A stretch of DNA of 64,000 nucleotides from Candidatus Binatia bacterium (GTDB taxonomy: Bacteria; Desulfobacterota; Binatia; UBA9968; JAJDTQ01). The stretch lies in assembly GCA_022824205.1 (NCBI GenBank), contig JAJEAI010000041.1, forward strand, positions 856 through 64,855, in the 5' to 3' direction. Under the pieces are notes generated by a model. That model was given only the letters and a program-made list of their open reading frames with translations, was not told where the DNA came from and ran no database searches. Position numbers and translations under genes: made by a program. Every line of letters starts with the position of its first letter. Position 1 is the first letter of the stretch. Of this stretch, positions 36,430-48,805 are shown piece after piece.

Positions 36430-37077
36430 CTACGACTTGGGCCAGGACCTGATCCGGGAGTCGGGGCGCAGCTTGTCCCGGTCGTAGGTTTCCCAGTGGA
36501 CGAAGTCGTCGACCTTGCGGCGCGGCTTGGGCTTGGGCCAGGCGCGCGGGCGTCCCACGGGCATCACCCAGAGCAGGCGCAGCGGGCGCGGCACCTCGAA
36601 CAGCGCGCGCAGTTCCGGCTCCACCTCCTTGCGCACCGAGACCCACACGGTGCCGAACCCCATGCTCGCCGCCGCCAACATCATATGCTCCACCGCGTTG
36701 GCCACGTTGGCCTGGAACAGCTTCTCCCGGTCCGAAGGCTGACGCGTGGTCAGGTAGACCCGCCGGGTGCGGGCGTCGCCGCACGCCAGGACCAGGGCGC
36801 TCACGTCGCCCACGTAGTCTTTCTTGAGCCCCTTGTAGTTCACCGGATCCTCCAGCTTGCGCTGCTTCCACTCGGCGGAGTAGATCGCGCGGACCTTGCG
36901 CATCTTCGCCCGGTCCCGGGTCACGATGAATTCCCACGGCTGGCTGTTGGCTCCGGACGGCGCGAGCCTGGCCGCCTCGAACATGAGCCGTAGCTGCTCA
37001 TCGGTGATCTTCCCGCTCCGGTAGACGCGCACGCTGCGCCGCGCCGCCATCACGTCCAGCAGTTCCTGTATGTCCAT
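36430..37077 (-). CDS. Nitroreductase-family protein
   Basis: MDIQELLDVMAARRSVRVYRSGKITDEQLRLMFEAARLAPSGANSQPWEF is the nitroreductase-fold signature. Start re-derived (ATG 37077). Confidence 0.75.
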   Translation of the reverse strand: MDIQELLDVMAARRSVRVYRSGKITDEQLRLMFEAARLAPSGANSQPWEFIVTRDRAKMRKVRAIYSAEWKQRKLEDPVNYKGLKKDYVGDVSALVLACGDARTRRVYLTTRQPSDREKLFQANVANAVEHMMLAAASMGFGTVWVSVRKEVEPELRALFEVPRPLRLLWVMPVGRPRAWPKPKPRRKVDDFVHWETYDRDKLRPDSRIRSWPKS

Positions 37078-37168
37078 CGCCGTTTCTCTCCCCTTCAACC
37101 CTGCAACCACCACGTTCAACCACAAGATGGCATCCTTGACCACCCTGTGGTACTTCTGCCGCAGGATC

Positions 37169-38020
37169 ATGATCAACGTCGTCGGCATCGTCGCGAAGTA
37201 CGGAGAGGAGAAGGCCGAGCAGATCATGCGCGGGACCATTCCGTGGCTGGAGGGCCGTGGAATGGAGGTGCTCGTGGAGGCCGAGTTCGGCACCGCGGGC
37301 GGGAGCGTCGCGCGCAAGGAGGAAATGGCCGAACGCGCGGACCTGATCGTCGTCCTGGGCGGGGACGGCACGCTCCTGAGCATCGCCCGCCTGGTGGAGC
37401 GGCCCGAGGTGCCCGTGGTCGGCGTGAACCTCGGGGGCCTCGGTTTCATCACCGAGATCGCGCTGGACGAGCTCGAAGAGGTTCTCACCAGCACCATCGC
37501 CGAAAACTACACCATCGAGAAACGCATGACCTTGCAGGTCAGCATTACGGGCAAGGACGGCGTACGGCATCTGCGCATCCTCAACGACGCGGTCATCACC
37601 AAGGGCGCCCGCTCCAAGATCATAGACCTGGAAACCTACGTCGGCAGCGATTACCTGTGCACGTACCGGGCCGACGGTCTCATCATCTCCACGCCCACGG
37701 GATCGACGGCGTATTCGCTGGCGGCCGGCGGCCCGATTCTCCATCCCGCCATGAGCGCCATCATCCTCTGTCCCATCTGCCCGCACACGTTGACCACCAA
37801 CCGGCCCATCGTCATCTCCAGCGACGCCCGTATCCGGTCGACGCTGAGGTCCGCCGGGGACACCGTCATTCTGATCCCCGACGGACAGGAGGGCCTCCTC
37901 CTCAACAACGGCGACCGCGTGGAGGTGCGCCGGCACAAATCGCCGGTGTCGCTGGTTCGCCTCCCCACGCGGTCGTACTTCGACGTGCTCCGCAACAAGC
38001 TCAAGTGGGGAGAGCGCTAG
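37169..38020 (+). CDS. nadK: NAD(+) kinase
   Basis: GGDGTLL and NLGGLGFITE motifs. Start chosen at MINVVGIVAKYG (ATG 37169); alternatives lie upstream. Confidence 0.85.
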   Translation: MINVVGIVAKYGEEKAEQIMRGTIPWLEGRGMEVLVEAEFGTAGGSVARKEEMAERADLIVVLGGDGTLLSIARLVERPEVPVVGVNLGGLGFITEIALDELEEVLTSTIAENYTIEKRMTLQVSITGKDGVRHLRILNDAVITKGARSKIIDLETYVGSDYLCTYRADGLIISTPTGSTAYSLAAGGPILHPAMSAIILCPICPHTLTTNRPIVISSDARIRSTLRSAGDTVILIPDGQEGLLLNNGDRVEVRRHKSPVSLVRLPTRSYFDVLRNKLKWGER

Positions 38021-38049
38021 TGTGACCCGTCACACTGGCTGTCGCGTCC

Positions 38050-39759
38050 ATGCTGCAGCAGCTCCGCATCCGCAACATCGCCGTCATCGACCAGGCCGAA
38101 CTGGAGTTGGGCCCCGGCTTGAACGTACTCACGGGCGAGACCGGCGCCGGCAAGACCATGGTCCTCGCCGCCTTGAACCTCATCCTGGGAGGCCGGGCCT
38201 CGTCCGACCTGATCCGCGAGGGCGAGACCGAGGCCACCGTGGAGGCCCAGTTCGGAGATCTTCCGGCGTCCACGCGCGCCGCCCTCGAGGCGGCCGGCTT
38301 TGGGGACGACGACGAGCTGGTGCTGAAAAGGGTGGTGACCCGCGGGGGCCGCGGGCGCATCTACCTCAACGGCGGCCTGACCCCGCGCTCGCTTCTGTCC
38401 GAGATCGGCACCGGCCTCATCCACATCTACGGGCAACACGAGCAGCACACGCTGCTGCGCACCGAGACCCACCTCGCCCTGCTCGATGCCCACGGCGGCC
38501 TCGAACCCCGGGCGGCCGCCATTCATGAGCGCTTCACGGCCTTCGCGGACGCCTGGCAACGGGTATGCGATCTCCGGGAAAAGCTCACGGACACGGCGCG
38601 GGAAGAGGCCCTCCTGCGTGCCCAGGTGGATGAGATCGAAGACGCGAGGCTCGATGCCGGCGAAGAAGAAACCCTGCTGGACCGGCGCCGGCTGATCGTC
38701 CATTCCGAGAAGCTCTACCAGACCTGCAAGGAAGGGGAACTGCTTCTCTACGACGACGACAACGCGGTGGTGGGTGCGCTCGGACGGTTCATCCCGCGCC
38801 TCCGTGACATGGCCGAGATCGACGGCGCGTTGTCCGAGGCGGTGACGCTGCTGGAGGGATCGGCGGCGCAACTCGATGAAGCCGCGGCGTTGATCCGTCA
38901 GTACGCGGACCGGCTGCATTTCGACCCGCGCGAACTGGAACGGATCGAGGACCGCTTGGCCGAGATCAGCCGACTGAGGCGCAAATACCGGGCGCCAGTG
39001 GAAGAGATTCTGGCCCTGGCCGAGCGGGCGAAGGAAGAACTCGCGGCCATCGACCGCGGCGAGGAGAATCTCGCCGTGCTGACGCGGGAATTCGAGACCG
39101 CGCGGGATTCGGTCTGGGAAACGGCGGAGGAGCTGTCACGCCTGCGCAAGCGCGCGGCCAAGACGCTCCAGCGCCGCATGGAGCAGGAGACCGGCCAGAT
39201 CGGACTGCCCAACACCACGTTCGAAGTGCGCTTTCACGCGCGCGGCGACACCGGCGACCAGCCGCCGTTCGTGATGGGAGGCCGGCGCATCGGACCGGAC
39301 GGCGTCGACGACCCCGAGTTCTTCTTCTCGCCCAACCCTGGCCACGCCGTCCGGCCGCTGGCCCGGATCGCCTCGGGCGGCGAGCTGTCGCGCCTCATGC
39401 TGGCGCTCAAGTCCGTCGTATTGACCGGGAGCGAGATTCCCACCTTGCTGTTCGACGAGGTGGACGCGGGCATCGGCGGCGGCGTCGCCGAGATGGTGGG
39501 GCGCAAGCTCGCCACGGTGGCGCAGTCCCACCAAGTGATCTGCGTGACCCACCTTGCCCCCATCGCCGCACTGGCGCGCTCGCACTACGTGGTGGAGAAA
39601 ACCGTCGATCGGGGCCGCACGTTCACCATGGTGCGGAAGCTGGTAGAGGCGGAGCGCGTGCGCGAGCTGGCGCGGATGCTGGCGGGCATCGAGGTGACCG
39701 CTCAGGCGGAACGGCACGCCGCCGAAATGCTGAAGGTCGACGACCCGGGCCGGGCATAG
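38050..39759 (+). CDS. recN: DNA repair protein RecN
   Basis: [39 protein letters not shown] Walker A, coiled-coil middle, C-terminal [11 protein letters not shown]. Confidence 0.95.
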   Translation: MLQQLRIRNIAVIDQAELELGPGLNVLTGETGAGKTMVLAALNLILGGRASSDLIREGETEATVEAQFGDLPASTRAALEAAGFGDDDELVLKRVVTRGGRGRIYLNGGLTPRSLLSEIGTGLIHIYGQHEQHTLLRTETHLALLDAHGGLEPRAAAIHERFTAFADAWQRVCDLREKLTDTAREEALLRAQVDEIEDARLDAGEEETLLDRRRLIVHSEKLYQTCKEGELLLYDDDNAVVGALGRFIPRLRDMAEIDGALSEAVTLLEGSAAQLDEAAALIRQYADRLHFDPRELERIEDRLAEISRLRRKYRAPVEEILALAERAKEELAAIDRGEENLAVLTREFETARDSVWETAEELSRLRKRAAKTLQRRMEQETGQIGLPNTTFEVRFHARGDTGDQPPFVMGGRRIGPDGVDDPEFFFSPNPGHAVRPLARIASGGELSRLMLALKSVVLTGSEIPTLLFDEVDAGIGGGVAEMVGRKLATVAQSHQVICVTHLAPIAALARSHYVVEKTVDRGRTFTMVRKLVEAERVRELARMLAGIEVTAQAERHAAEMLKVDDPGRA

Positions 39760-39883
39760 CGCCTCGCGTCCGACTCCGGCATCCTATCCCCTTGCCTCAC
39801 GGCCCGCGTATCGGCTATGCTCTATCATCCAGCCGGCGGTTGAAGATCCTGGTGGATCCGCAACCGCCTCAGTTCCCGAGCGT

Positions 39884-39959
<76 letters not shown>

Positions 39960-39988
39960 CGTTTTCCAGAAACCTGTCCGGAGGCGGT

Positions 39989-41449
39989 GTGTCGCAGCTT
40001 CGAGCAGCGGGAGGCGGGGTCTTTTCAGGCTATGACCTGGACGTGCGCTTCTACGATGAGATGTTCGGACCTCGCGGCAATCCCCGCGAGGCGTCCCGCA
40101 GGCTGCACGCGGTGTTGGCGGAACTGGCGCCCGAGGACCTCGTCAAGCTCCAGGACGGCGTCTATCGACACTTCCTCCACGAAGGCATCACGTTCACGGT
40201 GCTGGACGCGGACAATGTCACCGAACAGATCATTCCCATCGACTGCGTCCCGCGGGTGCTGACGGCGCCGGAGTGGGAACACCTGGAGCGCGGCCTCAAA
40301 CAGCGGCTGGCGGCGCTCAATCTCTTCCTCAAGGACGTCTACCACCAGGGTCGGTGCCTCAAGGACGGCATCGTTCCCATCGACCTGGTGCTGGGCTGCC
40401 CGCAGTACCGCATGGAGATGCGCGGCCTCAAGGTGCCGCACGACGTCTACGTCGCCGTCTGCGGCACCGACGTGGTGCGTACCCACGACGGTTTCGCCGT
40501 CCTCGAGGACAACCTGCGCGTACCCTCTGGAGTGTCGTACATGCTCGCCTGCCGGGACGCCATCAAGGAGGCGTTCCCGCGGCTCTATCGCGCGAACCGG
40601 GTACGCGAGGTTTCCGACTACGCCGAACTGCTCTACGCCACCCTCGCCTCGCTCCGCCCTTCTCAAGAGAATCCCCACGTGGCGATCCTGACCCCCGGCA
40701 TGCACAACGCCGCGTACTACGAACACGCCTTCCTCGCCGGCGAGATGGGCATCGACCTCGTGGAAGGACAGGACCTGATCCTGCGCGACAGCGCACTCTA
40801 TACCCGCACCACCTCGGGCCTTCGCCGGGTGGACGTGCTGTACCGGAGAATCGACGACGACTTCCTCGATCCCGTGCAGTTCCGTTCCGACTCGGTGTTG
40901 GGAGCGGCGGGCCTTTTCCACGCGTTCCGCGCTGGCAACGTGGTGGTGGCCAATGCGCCCGGCACCGGCGTGGCCGACGACAAGAGCCTGTACGCGTACG
41001 TGCCGGAAATCATCCGCTATTTCCTGGGGGAGGAGCCGATCCTCGCCAACGTGGAAACCCATCTGTGCCGCGAGCCCGCGGGCCTGGCCTACACCCTGGA
41101 ACACCTCGACGAGTTGGTGGTCAAGGAAGTTGGCGGGGCGGGAGGCTACGGCATGCTGGTGGGCCCTCATGCCAGCGCCGACGAGCGTGCCCGCTACGCC
41201 GAACGGCTGCGCGCCGATCCCGCCAACTTCATCGCGCAGCCGGTGCTCGACCTGTCGCGCGCGCCGTGCTTCATCGACGGCGCCATCGAGCCGCGCCACG
41301 TCGACCTGCGCCCATTCGTGCTGCAGGGCCGGGACGAGCAGCACGTGGTCCCCGGGGGGTTGTGCCGGGTCGCGTTGCGCCGCGGCAGCCTGGTGGTCAA
41401 CCCCAGCCAGGGCGGGGGCTGCAAGGATCTCTGGATCGTGGAGGATTGA
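39989..41449 (+). CDS. Circularly permuted ATP-grasp type 2 protein (DUF404/DUF407)
   Basis: YDEMFGPRGNPRE...ILTPGMHNAAYYEHAFLAGEMGIDLVEGQDLI...VVANAPGTGVADDK is the family signature. Start uncertain (GTG 39989 after GGAGG, or 40043/40061). Confidence 0.8.
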   Translation: MSQLRAAGGGVFSGYDLDVRFYDEMFGPRGNPREASRRLHAVLAELAPEDLVKLQDGVYRHFLHEGITFTVLDADNVTEQIIPIDCVPRVLTAPEWEHLERGLKQRLAALNLFLKDVYHQGRCLKDGIVPIDLVLGCPQYRMEMRGLKVPHDVYVAVCGTDVVRTHDGFAVLEDNLRVPSGVSYMLACRDAIKEAFPRLYRANRVREVSDYAELLYATLASLRPSQENPHVAILTPGMHNAAYYEHAFLAGEMGIDLVEGQDLILRDSALYTRTTSGLRRVDVLYRRIDDDFLDPVQFRSDSVLGAAGLFHAFRAGNVVVANAPGTGVADDKSLYAYVPEIIRYFLGEEPILANVETHLCREPAGLAYTLEHLDELVVKEVGGAGGYGMLVGPHASADERARYAERLRADPANFIAQPVLDLSRAPCFIDGAIEPRHVDLRPFVLQGRDEQHVVPGGLCRVALRRGSLVVNPSQGGGCKDLWIVED

Positions 41450-41475
41450 GTGCAAGCGGCATCGAGGAGCGATTC

Positions 41476-42447
41476 ATGCTGGCGCGCCTAGCGGCCGAGT
41501 TCTACTGGCTGGGTCGTCACGCGGAGCGCATCGAGCACACCGCGCGACTGCTTCGCTTCCAGCTCAACCGCCTTCCGGACCGGCCGGTGGACGAGTTGAC
41601 CCTGGGATGGCAGGCGGTGTACCGGATCCTCGGGCAGCCGTACGTGGGGATGGCGGCCGATGGAGGCGACGCCGAAACCCTCGTCATCCCGGACGCCTAC
41701 ACGCTGGCCGGCAAGCTTGTGGAGGAGCGGGCCAATCCCGATTCGCTGGTCTCGTGCTGGGAGCACGCGCGCGAAAACGGCCAACGAGTGCGGGCGCAGT
41801 TGCCGTTGCCGGTGTGGACCTGCCTCAACCAGGGTTACCTGTGGATTCGTGACAGCAATTTCAACACGGCGTGGACCCTCGGGCCGTCTGCCCTGGTGAA
41901 CGAAGCCGTCGATCGACTGAATCTGTTGGCAGGGGTCGTGGAGGCGGTCATGCCGCGGGATGAAGCGTGGCGCTTCATGGAACTGGGCCGGTTCATCGAA
42001 CGGGTCCAGCATCAAGCCGAACTGCTCGCGGGCTGGATCGAATTCAACCGGGAAGAAGCGGGTGCGGGGGCGCTGTCGTGGGCCGACCTGCTGCGGGTGT
42101 GCGGCGCCTATGAAGTCTATTGCCGGCGCCGTTCCACCAACGTCGAACGGGCGCAGGCGCTTGGCCTTCTCACCCAGGACCCGGAGGTCCCCCGCTCGTT
42201 GCGCTTTGCCGCCCAGCACATCACCCAACTGCTGGCGGGAATCGATCCGGTGGGCGCCCGCTACCCCATGGCGCCACCCCACCGTATGTCACTGAGCCTG
42301 ACGGCGTCCATCGAGGTGGAACCCACCGGCCTTTCCGGCGAGGGCGCCGAGTTCTTCCGCTCGGTGGGACAGGACGCACGCGTGCTCCACGATCTCACCA
42401 TGGGCGCCTACGTCACCCATTCTCTTTCGCGGGAGCTCGCGACGTGA
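41476..42447 (+). CDS. Alpha-E domain protein (DUF403)
   Basis: MLARLAAEFYWLGRHAERIEHTARLLRF is the canonical alpha-E N-terminus. GAGGAG RBS. Confidence 0.8.
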   Translation: MLARLAAEFYWLGRHAERIEHTARLLRFQLNRLPDRPVDELTLGWQAVYRILGQPYVGMAADGGDAETLVIPDAYTLAGKLVEERANPDSLVSCWEHARENGQRVRAQLPLPVWTCLNQGYLWIRDSNFNTAWTLGPSALVNEAVDRLNLLAGVVEAVMPRDEAWRFMELGRFIERVQHQAELLAGWIEFNREEAGAGALSWADLLRVCGAYEVYCRRRSTNVERAQALGLLTQDPEVPRSLRFAAQHITQLLAGIDPVGARYPMAPPHRMSLSLTASIEVEPTGLSGEGAEFFRSVGQDARVLHDLTMGAYVTHSLSRELAT

Positions 42448-43328
42448 CTGCGACCTACCACATCGAGCATCGCATGCGATTTCGCTATGCCGCCCCGGCG
42501 GAGGACTCGGTGATGACGCTCTACGTGTGTCCTCTCCGTGACCGCGTCCAGTTGGTACGGGGATTTCTTGTGGAGACCCAGCCGGACGGACCGTTGTACG
42601 AGTTCACCGACCCGTTCGGCAACACCGGACACTTCCTCGACCGGCCGAGGGTCCGCGAAGAACTCCGCGTCGTCGCCCGCTCCACGGTGGAGGTGGGGCC
42701 GGTGGAGCGCGCTCCGGAACGGTTGGAGCCCGACGCCTGGACACGGCTCCGGCAAACCGTCCACAACGTCGCGCTCTGGCCGATGCTGCATCCCAGCCGC
42801 TTCGTGACGCCAACACCGGCCCTGGAGAAGTTCATGGCGGCGCAAGGCATCGCGCCCGGCACCGACCCGCTGGCCGGAGCCCGTGAGCTTTGCACCATGC
42901 TTTACCGCGTGTTCGAGTACGCTCCGGGCGAAACCACGGTGGACTCACCCATCGACCGCGTTCTCGAGACCGGCCGGGGCGTTTGCCAGGACTACGCCCA
43001 CGTGATGGCGGCCGTCCTGCGCGGATGGGGAATCCCGTGCCGCTACGTCTCGGGCTACCTGGGACCGGCCGTGGCGGGGGTGGCGGAAGGCGAGAGCCAC
43101 GCGTGGGTGGAAGCCTGGTTTCCCGGCTACGGGTGGGTCGGGTTCGACCCCACCAACGACACCGAGGGCGACGAGCGTCACGTCCGGGTAGCCGTGGGGC
43201 GGGACTACGCCGACGTGCCCCCGACTCGCGGCACGTTCCGCGGCGCCGCCGGTTCGATCCTCGACACGGAGGTGGTGATCGAACGCGTCGACGACGAGGA
43301 CTCCGACGGCCAAGGCCCATGGACCTGA
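42444..43328 (+). CDS. Transglutaminase-like family protein
   Basis: GVCQDYAHVMAAVLRGWGIPCRYVSGY...ESHAWVEAWFPGYGWVGFDPTN (Cys-His-Asp triad context). GTG start overlapping the alpha-E stop (GTGA). Confidence 0.8.
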   Translation: MTATYHIEHRMRFRYAAPAEDSVMTLYVCPLRDRVQLVRGFLVETQPDGPLYEFTDPFGNTGHFLDRPRVREELRVVARSTVEVGPVERAPERLEPDAWTRLRQTVHNVALWPMLHPSRFVTPTPALEKFMAAQGIAPGTDPLAGARELCTMLYRVFEYAPGETTVDSPIDRVLETGRGVCQDYAHVMAAVLRGWGIPCRYVSGYLGPAVAGVAEGESHAWVEAWFPGYGWVGFDPTNDTEGDERHVRVAVGRDYADVPPTRGTFRGAAGSILDTEVVIERVDDEDSDGQGPWT

Positions 43329-43506
43329 TGGAGCGCCGCGGGGTCGCGCCCGTCCGGCACTAATTTTGATCGGGGTCTCTCGTGAAGGCGCGCGATCTAT
43401 GCTAACGGAGGTTGAACAACGGGTTTGGATCTGAAGCGCGGCCGTCGACGAAGATTCCATTTCCCAGTGCTGGAAGGCACTGGCGCAACGACACATGGGA
43501 GCGATC

Positions 43507-44922
<1,416 letters not shown>

Positions 44923-44992
44923 TGTGGTGTCGGGTTAGTTCGCAGCATAATATGCGGAGGATTTGTCGTTGTCGGCAAGGCGCGATGACCCG

Positions 44993-45018
44993 TAGGGGCG
45001 ACCCGCGGTCGCCCCATG
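44993..45018. repeat. Hairpin taggggcgacc-cgc-ggtcgcccc (second copy of the 9786 family), downstream of glnA
   Basis: Inverted repeat seen directly, with the same stem sequence as 9786-9813. Confidence 0.65.
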
Positions 45019-45137
45019 TGGCGGGCACCACGCGAGGAAGACCCCGGGCAGGTTATTGTGTCGATCAACCGAACACCACACTGGCCCAGCGTACGCAGCG
45101 AGTGTCCAAGTCCATGAAACGGGAGGTGCCGCGAACA

Positions 45138-46552
45138 TGAGCATGCACGGTTTTCCGACCAAGGTTTCCGGGTTCGGTGGGCATTGGAGCCGCCTGGCGG
45201 CGGCAGGCGGTCTGGTGGCGGCGTTGGGCTTCCTGTGGCTGGCGACAGCCGCGCACGCCGCGGTGGACAAGGAGGTCCAGTTCGTCCTGAACACCTTCTC
45301 CTTCCTCATCTGGGGCGCTCTGGTGATGTGGATGTGCGCGGGCTTCACCATGCTGGAATCGGGCATGGTGCGGACCAAGAACGTCTCCATGATCTGCCTC
45401 AAGAACATCGGCCTCTACTCCATCGCCGGGCTGATGTACTTCTTCATCGGCTACAACCTCATGTACGTGGACGTGGGCAGCTTCATCGGCACCTTCACCG
45501 GTCTCTACGGACCGACGGCCAACGAGGTGGCGCTGCTGGCCGGCCAGGAAGAGGCGCGGGAAGCGGTGCTCAAGAACAACTACGCCACCATGTCCGACTG
45601 GTTCTTCCAGATGGTCTTCGTGGCCACTACCGCGTCCATCGTCTCCGGCACCCTGGCGGAACGGGTGAAGCTCTGGACCTTCTTCGTGTTCATCGCGATC
45701 CTCACGGGCATCGTCTATCCCATCGTGGGGGCGTGGACCTGGGGCGCGGGATGGCTCGGGGCCTTGGAGTTCAAGGACTTCGCCGGCTCCACCATCGTCC
45801 ACTCCACGGGCGGGTGGGCGGCCCTGGCGGGAGCGCTGGTGGTGGGACCGCGGCGCGGCAAGTTCCGTCCCGACGGCAGCGTCAAGAGCACGCCGCCGTC
45901 CAACATCCCCATCGTGACGTTGGGGATCTTCATCCTCTGGTTCGGGTGGTTCGGCTTCAACGGCGGCTCCCAGCTTGCCCTGAGCGGCGCCGCGGACGCC
46001 ATCGCCATCAGCCACATCCTGGTCAACACCAACCTGGCGGGGGCCGCGGGGTTCATCGTCGCCCTGCTCATCGCCCGTCCCATCCTCGGGCGCATCGACC
46101 TGCTCGCCGGCCTCAACGGCGCCCTCGCGGGGCTCGTGTCCATCACCGCCGGACCGGACTTCGCCACCCACATCTGGGCCGTCATCATCGGCGCCATCGG
46201 TGGCGCGATCTGCGTCTCGGGCATGCGCCTGCTGGATCTGCTGAAGGTGGACGACGTGGTGGGGGCGGTGCCGGTGCACCTGTTCGCCGGCATATGGGGG
46301 ACGCTGGCGACATGCATCGTCGCGGGCGGGAACTTCGGCGTCCAGCTTCTGGGCGTCGTAGCCGTGGGTGTGTTCGCCTTCGCCGCCTCGTACGGCGTGT
46401 GGCTGGGACTGAGGCTGTTCATGGAGGTGCGCGTCTCGCACGCGGTAGAGGAACTCGGACAGGACGCGGGTGAACTCGGCATCGAGGCTTACCCCGAGTT
46501 CATGCTCATGCCCGATCCGGACGACGTCGCCGCGATCCGCGGCGACGACTGA
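45138..46552 (+). CDS. amtB: Ammonium transporter (Amt family)
   Basis: Multi-TM Amt pattern (DFAGSTIVHSTGGWAALAGALVVGPRRGKF). GGGAGG RBS. Directly downstream of glnA. Confidence 0.9.
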
Positions 46553-46649
46553 CCGGCGCGGCACCACGAGCGCCCTGCCGGAAGCGCGGTCCGAGGCGGT
46601 CGGCCATGCCGGCCGCCGGGCCGCGCTCTCCAGTGCGGGAAGCAGGTAA

Positions 46650-48749
46650 TCAGCCGGGCTGCGTGCCGCCGGACGACGTCGCCGGCGCGGGAAGGGTGAT
46701 CCAGAACTCGGTAAAGGTCCCGGGCTCCGACTCGACGCCCATGATCCCCCCGTGCTGGGACACGATGTCCTGGGAAAGAGACAGACCCAGTCCCGTGCCC
46801 TCGCCCGTGGGCTTGGTTGTGACGAAGGGCTCGAAGATCTTCTTGATCATGTCCTGTGGGATGCCGGGTCCGTTGTCGCGGATGCGGAACTCGGCCTGCT
46901 CGTCCCGGCGCTTGCTCGACAACCGGATGCACGGTCGATACTGGTCGTCAGCCTTGGCGCGCTCGAACGTCGCCTGGCACGCGTTGGTGATGAGGTTGAG
47001 GAACACGCGGCTCAAATCCTGGGGCACCACCTCCACCTCGCCTATGCCGGTGTCCAGGTCTTCTTCCCAAGTCACGTTGAAACGCTGGTCCTTGGCGCGC
47101 ATGGCGTGATAGGCGAGGTCGGCGTACTGCTTGAGCAGCGCGTTGAGATTGACCGCGCGCTTGTCGCCGGACTGGGCGCGCGAGTGGTCCAGCATGCTGC
47201 GCACGATGCCGTCGGCGCGCTTGCCGTGCTGGTTGATCTTGTCGAGATTGGATGTCAGGTCGTCGAGGATGCCCTCGATCTCGTCACGCGCGTCCTCGGG
47301 CACTTGCTCCCGGACTTCACCCAAGACCTCCCGCACCTCCTCGATGAGCTCGCCTGAAACCTCCGAAAAGTTGTTGACGAAATTGAGCGGGTTCTTGATC
47401 TCGTGCGCGATGCCGGCGGCGAGTTGCCCCAGGGAGGCCAGCTTCTCCTGCATGACTACCTGGTTCTGGGCCGTCTTCAGGTCCCGGAGAGTCCGCTCCA
47501 GATCCTCATTCTTACCTTTCAACTCATCCGCCAGCTTCTCCACGAGATTGAGCCGCTGCACTTCCAGGGCGTGCCGCCGGAACACCTCCAGCGCATCCGC
47601 CATGTCGGTCACTTCGTCGTTGCCACTGACCTCCACCGGCACCTCGAGGTTGCCCTCGGCCATGGAACGCATGGACGCGGCCAACCCCGTCATCCGCCGG
47701 ATCAGATAGCGGCCGACGAAGACGCCGAGCGCGACGGCGCCAATGACGTTCAGCACGTTGAGCACCACCAACACGACCATGCCGGTGTTCACCGCCGAGG
47801 TGGAGGCGTCGCTGGCCGCATCCGCCTGGTGGTCCGCCACCGCCACCACCCGGTCCATGGTGGCCAGCAACCGGGCCGCGGTGGCGCGATTCTCCTCGAT
47901 ATAACGCGCCTCCATTTCCACTTGGCGCAGGATGGCTTCCTGCAGGCCGAATATCCCCTCGGCCCCCTGTCCCAAGGACCTGAGACGTTCGAACTCGAAG
48001 TCGAGCATGCGCGTGGGGGAAGCCTGGGCTTCGGAAGAACGGAACGCACGCTCGAACGAGCCGACCGCCGCGTTGTAGCGTTCCCGGACGGGTTGGATCA
48101 GGGCGCGGTCGTTCAGTACCGCGGCTTCCGCGAGCAGCCTCGCGGCGAGATTCGCCTGCGTGTGCAGAGTCAGAAGATCTCGGTACCGTACCTGCTCCGC
48201 GTACGAGGTGCGTTCCGCCGGGGGTACGGGGACATCGCCGATTTCCCTCAGGCCCGTGGCGAGGTAGAAAGCCTGACCGTCGATCTCGGGCACCAGGATG
48301 CGGTCGATCTGCCGGGTCATGACCGGGATCTCGCCTTCCCGTGCATCCAGCCGGCGTTCGAGTTCCCGTCGCCGCGAGGACGACTGTTCGATCTTTTCCA
48401 GCGTCGTGGTCAGGGCATCGGCAAGGGACCGAAGCATATCCGCCTGTTGCCGATTCTCCAGCGAATCCTGCACCTGGAGCTCTTCGATGAGATTGATGAG
48501 CAACTCCTTGTCCCTGGCGATGGCTGCCCTGACCTCGGTGAGCTCCTCCGCGGACGAGGCCGAAACCAGCCGCGGCGCCGCGTCGACCAGCGCCGAACTC
48601 TGCTGGGCGGCGCGGATGGCCGCCACCAGGCTGGGGACGCTCCGTTCGGTAATGTGTCGCTGCGAGTTGCTCACGACCCCGAACGACACCAGCGCCACCA
48701 CGCTGGCTGCCAGCATCAGCAGCACGCCCACGCCGAAGGCGGCGTACAT
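46650..48749 (-). CDS. Sensor histidine kinase (periplasmic sensor domain, HAMP, HisKA, HATPase)
   Basis: H-box LAAGIAHEIKNPLNFV and G-box GTGLGLSLS, with a HAMP region before them. Start ambiguous (ATG 48749 or TTG 48809). Confidence 0.85.
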   Translation of the reverse strand: MYAAFGVGVLLMLAASVVALVSFGVVSNSQRHITERSVPSLVAAIRAAQQSSALVDAAPRLVSASSAEELTEVRAAIARDKELLINLIEELQVQDSLENRQQADMLRSLADALTTTLEKIEQSSSRRRELERRLDAREGEIPVMTRQIDRILVPEIDGQAFYLATGLREIGDVPVPPAERTSYAEQVRYRDLLTLHTQANLAARLLAEAAVLNDRALIQPVRERYNAAVGSFERAFRSSEAQASPTRMLDFEFERLRSLGQGAEGIFGLQEAILRQVEMEARYIEENRATAARLLATMDRVVAVADHQADAASDASTSAVNTGMVVLVVLNVLNVIGAVALGVFVGRYLIRRMTGLAASMRSMAEGNLEVPVEVSGNDEVTDMADALEVFRRHALEVQRLNLVEKLADELKGKNEDLERTLRDLKTAQNQVVMQEKLASLGQLAAGIAHEIKNPLNFVNNFSEVSGELIEEVREVLGEVREQVPEDARDEIEGILDDLTSNLDKINQHGKRADGIVRSMLDHSRAQSGDKRAVNLNALLKQYADLAYHAMRAKDQRFNVTWEEDLDTGIGEVEVVPQDLSRVFLNLITNACQATFERAKADDQYRPCIRLSSKRRDEQAEFRIRDNGPGIPQDMIKKIFEPFVTTKPTGEGTGLGLSLSQDIVSQHGGIMGVESEPGTFTEFWITLPAPATSSGGTQPG

Positions 48750-48805
48750 CTTCACCCCGAGGCCGATTCGCCGGCTCTCGACGCGTGAGAGAAAAGTGGC
48801 GAGGC

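Noticed and set aside
36430-37077. Nitroreductase gene considered as the SagB-type dehydrogenase partner of the YcaO
   Set aside because: It is 33 kb away, on a different transcription unit (divergent from nadK), short (215 aa), and lacks the SagB-type extension. It is more likely a generic NAD(P)H nitroreductase.
43329-43506. Sigma-54 (-24/-12) promoter upstream of glnA
   Set aside because: The nearest candidate (aGGCACtggcgCAACG) has the GG but not the GC of the -12 element. No convincing TGGCAC-N5-TTGCA match was found, so no call is made.
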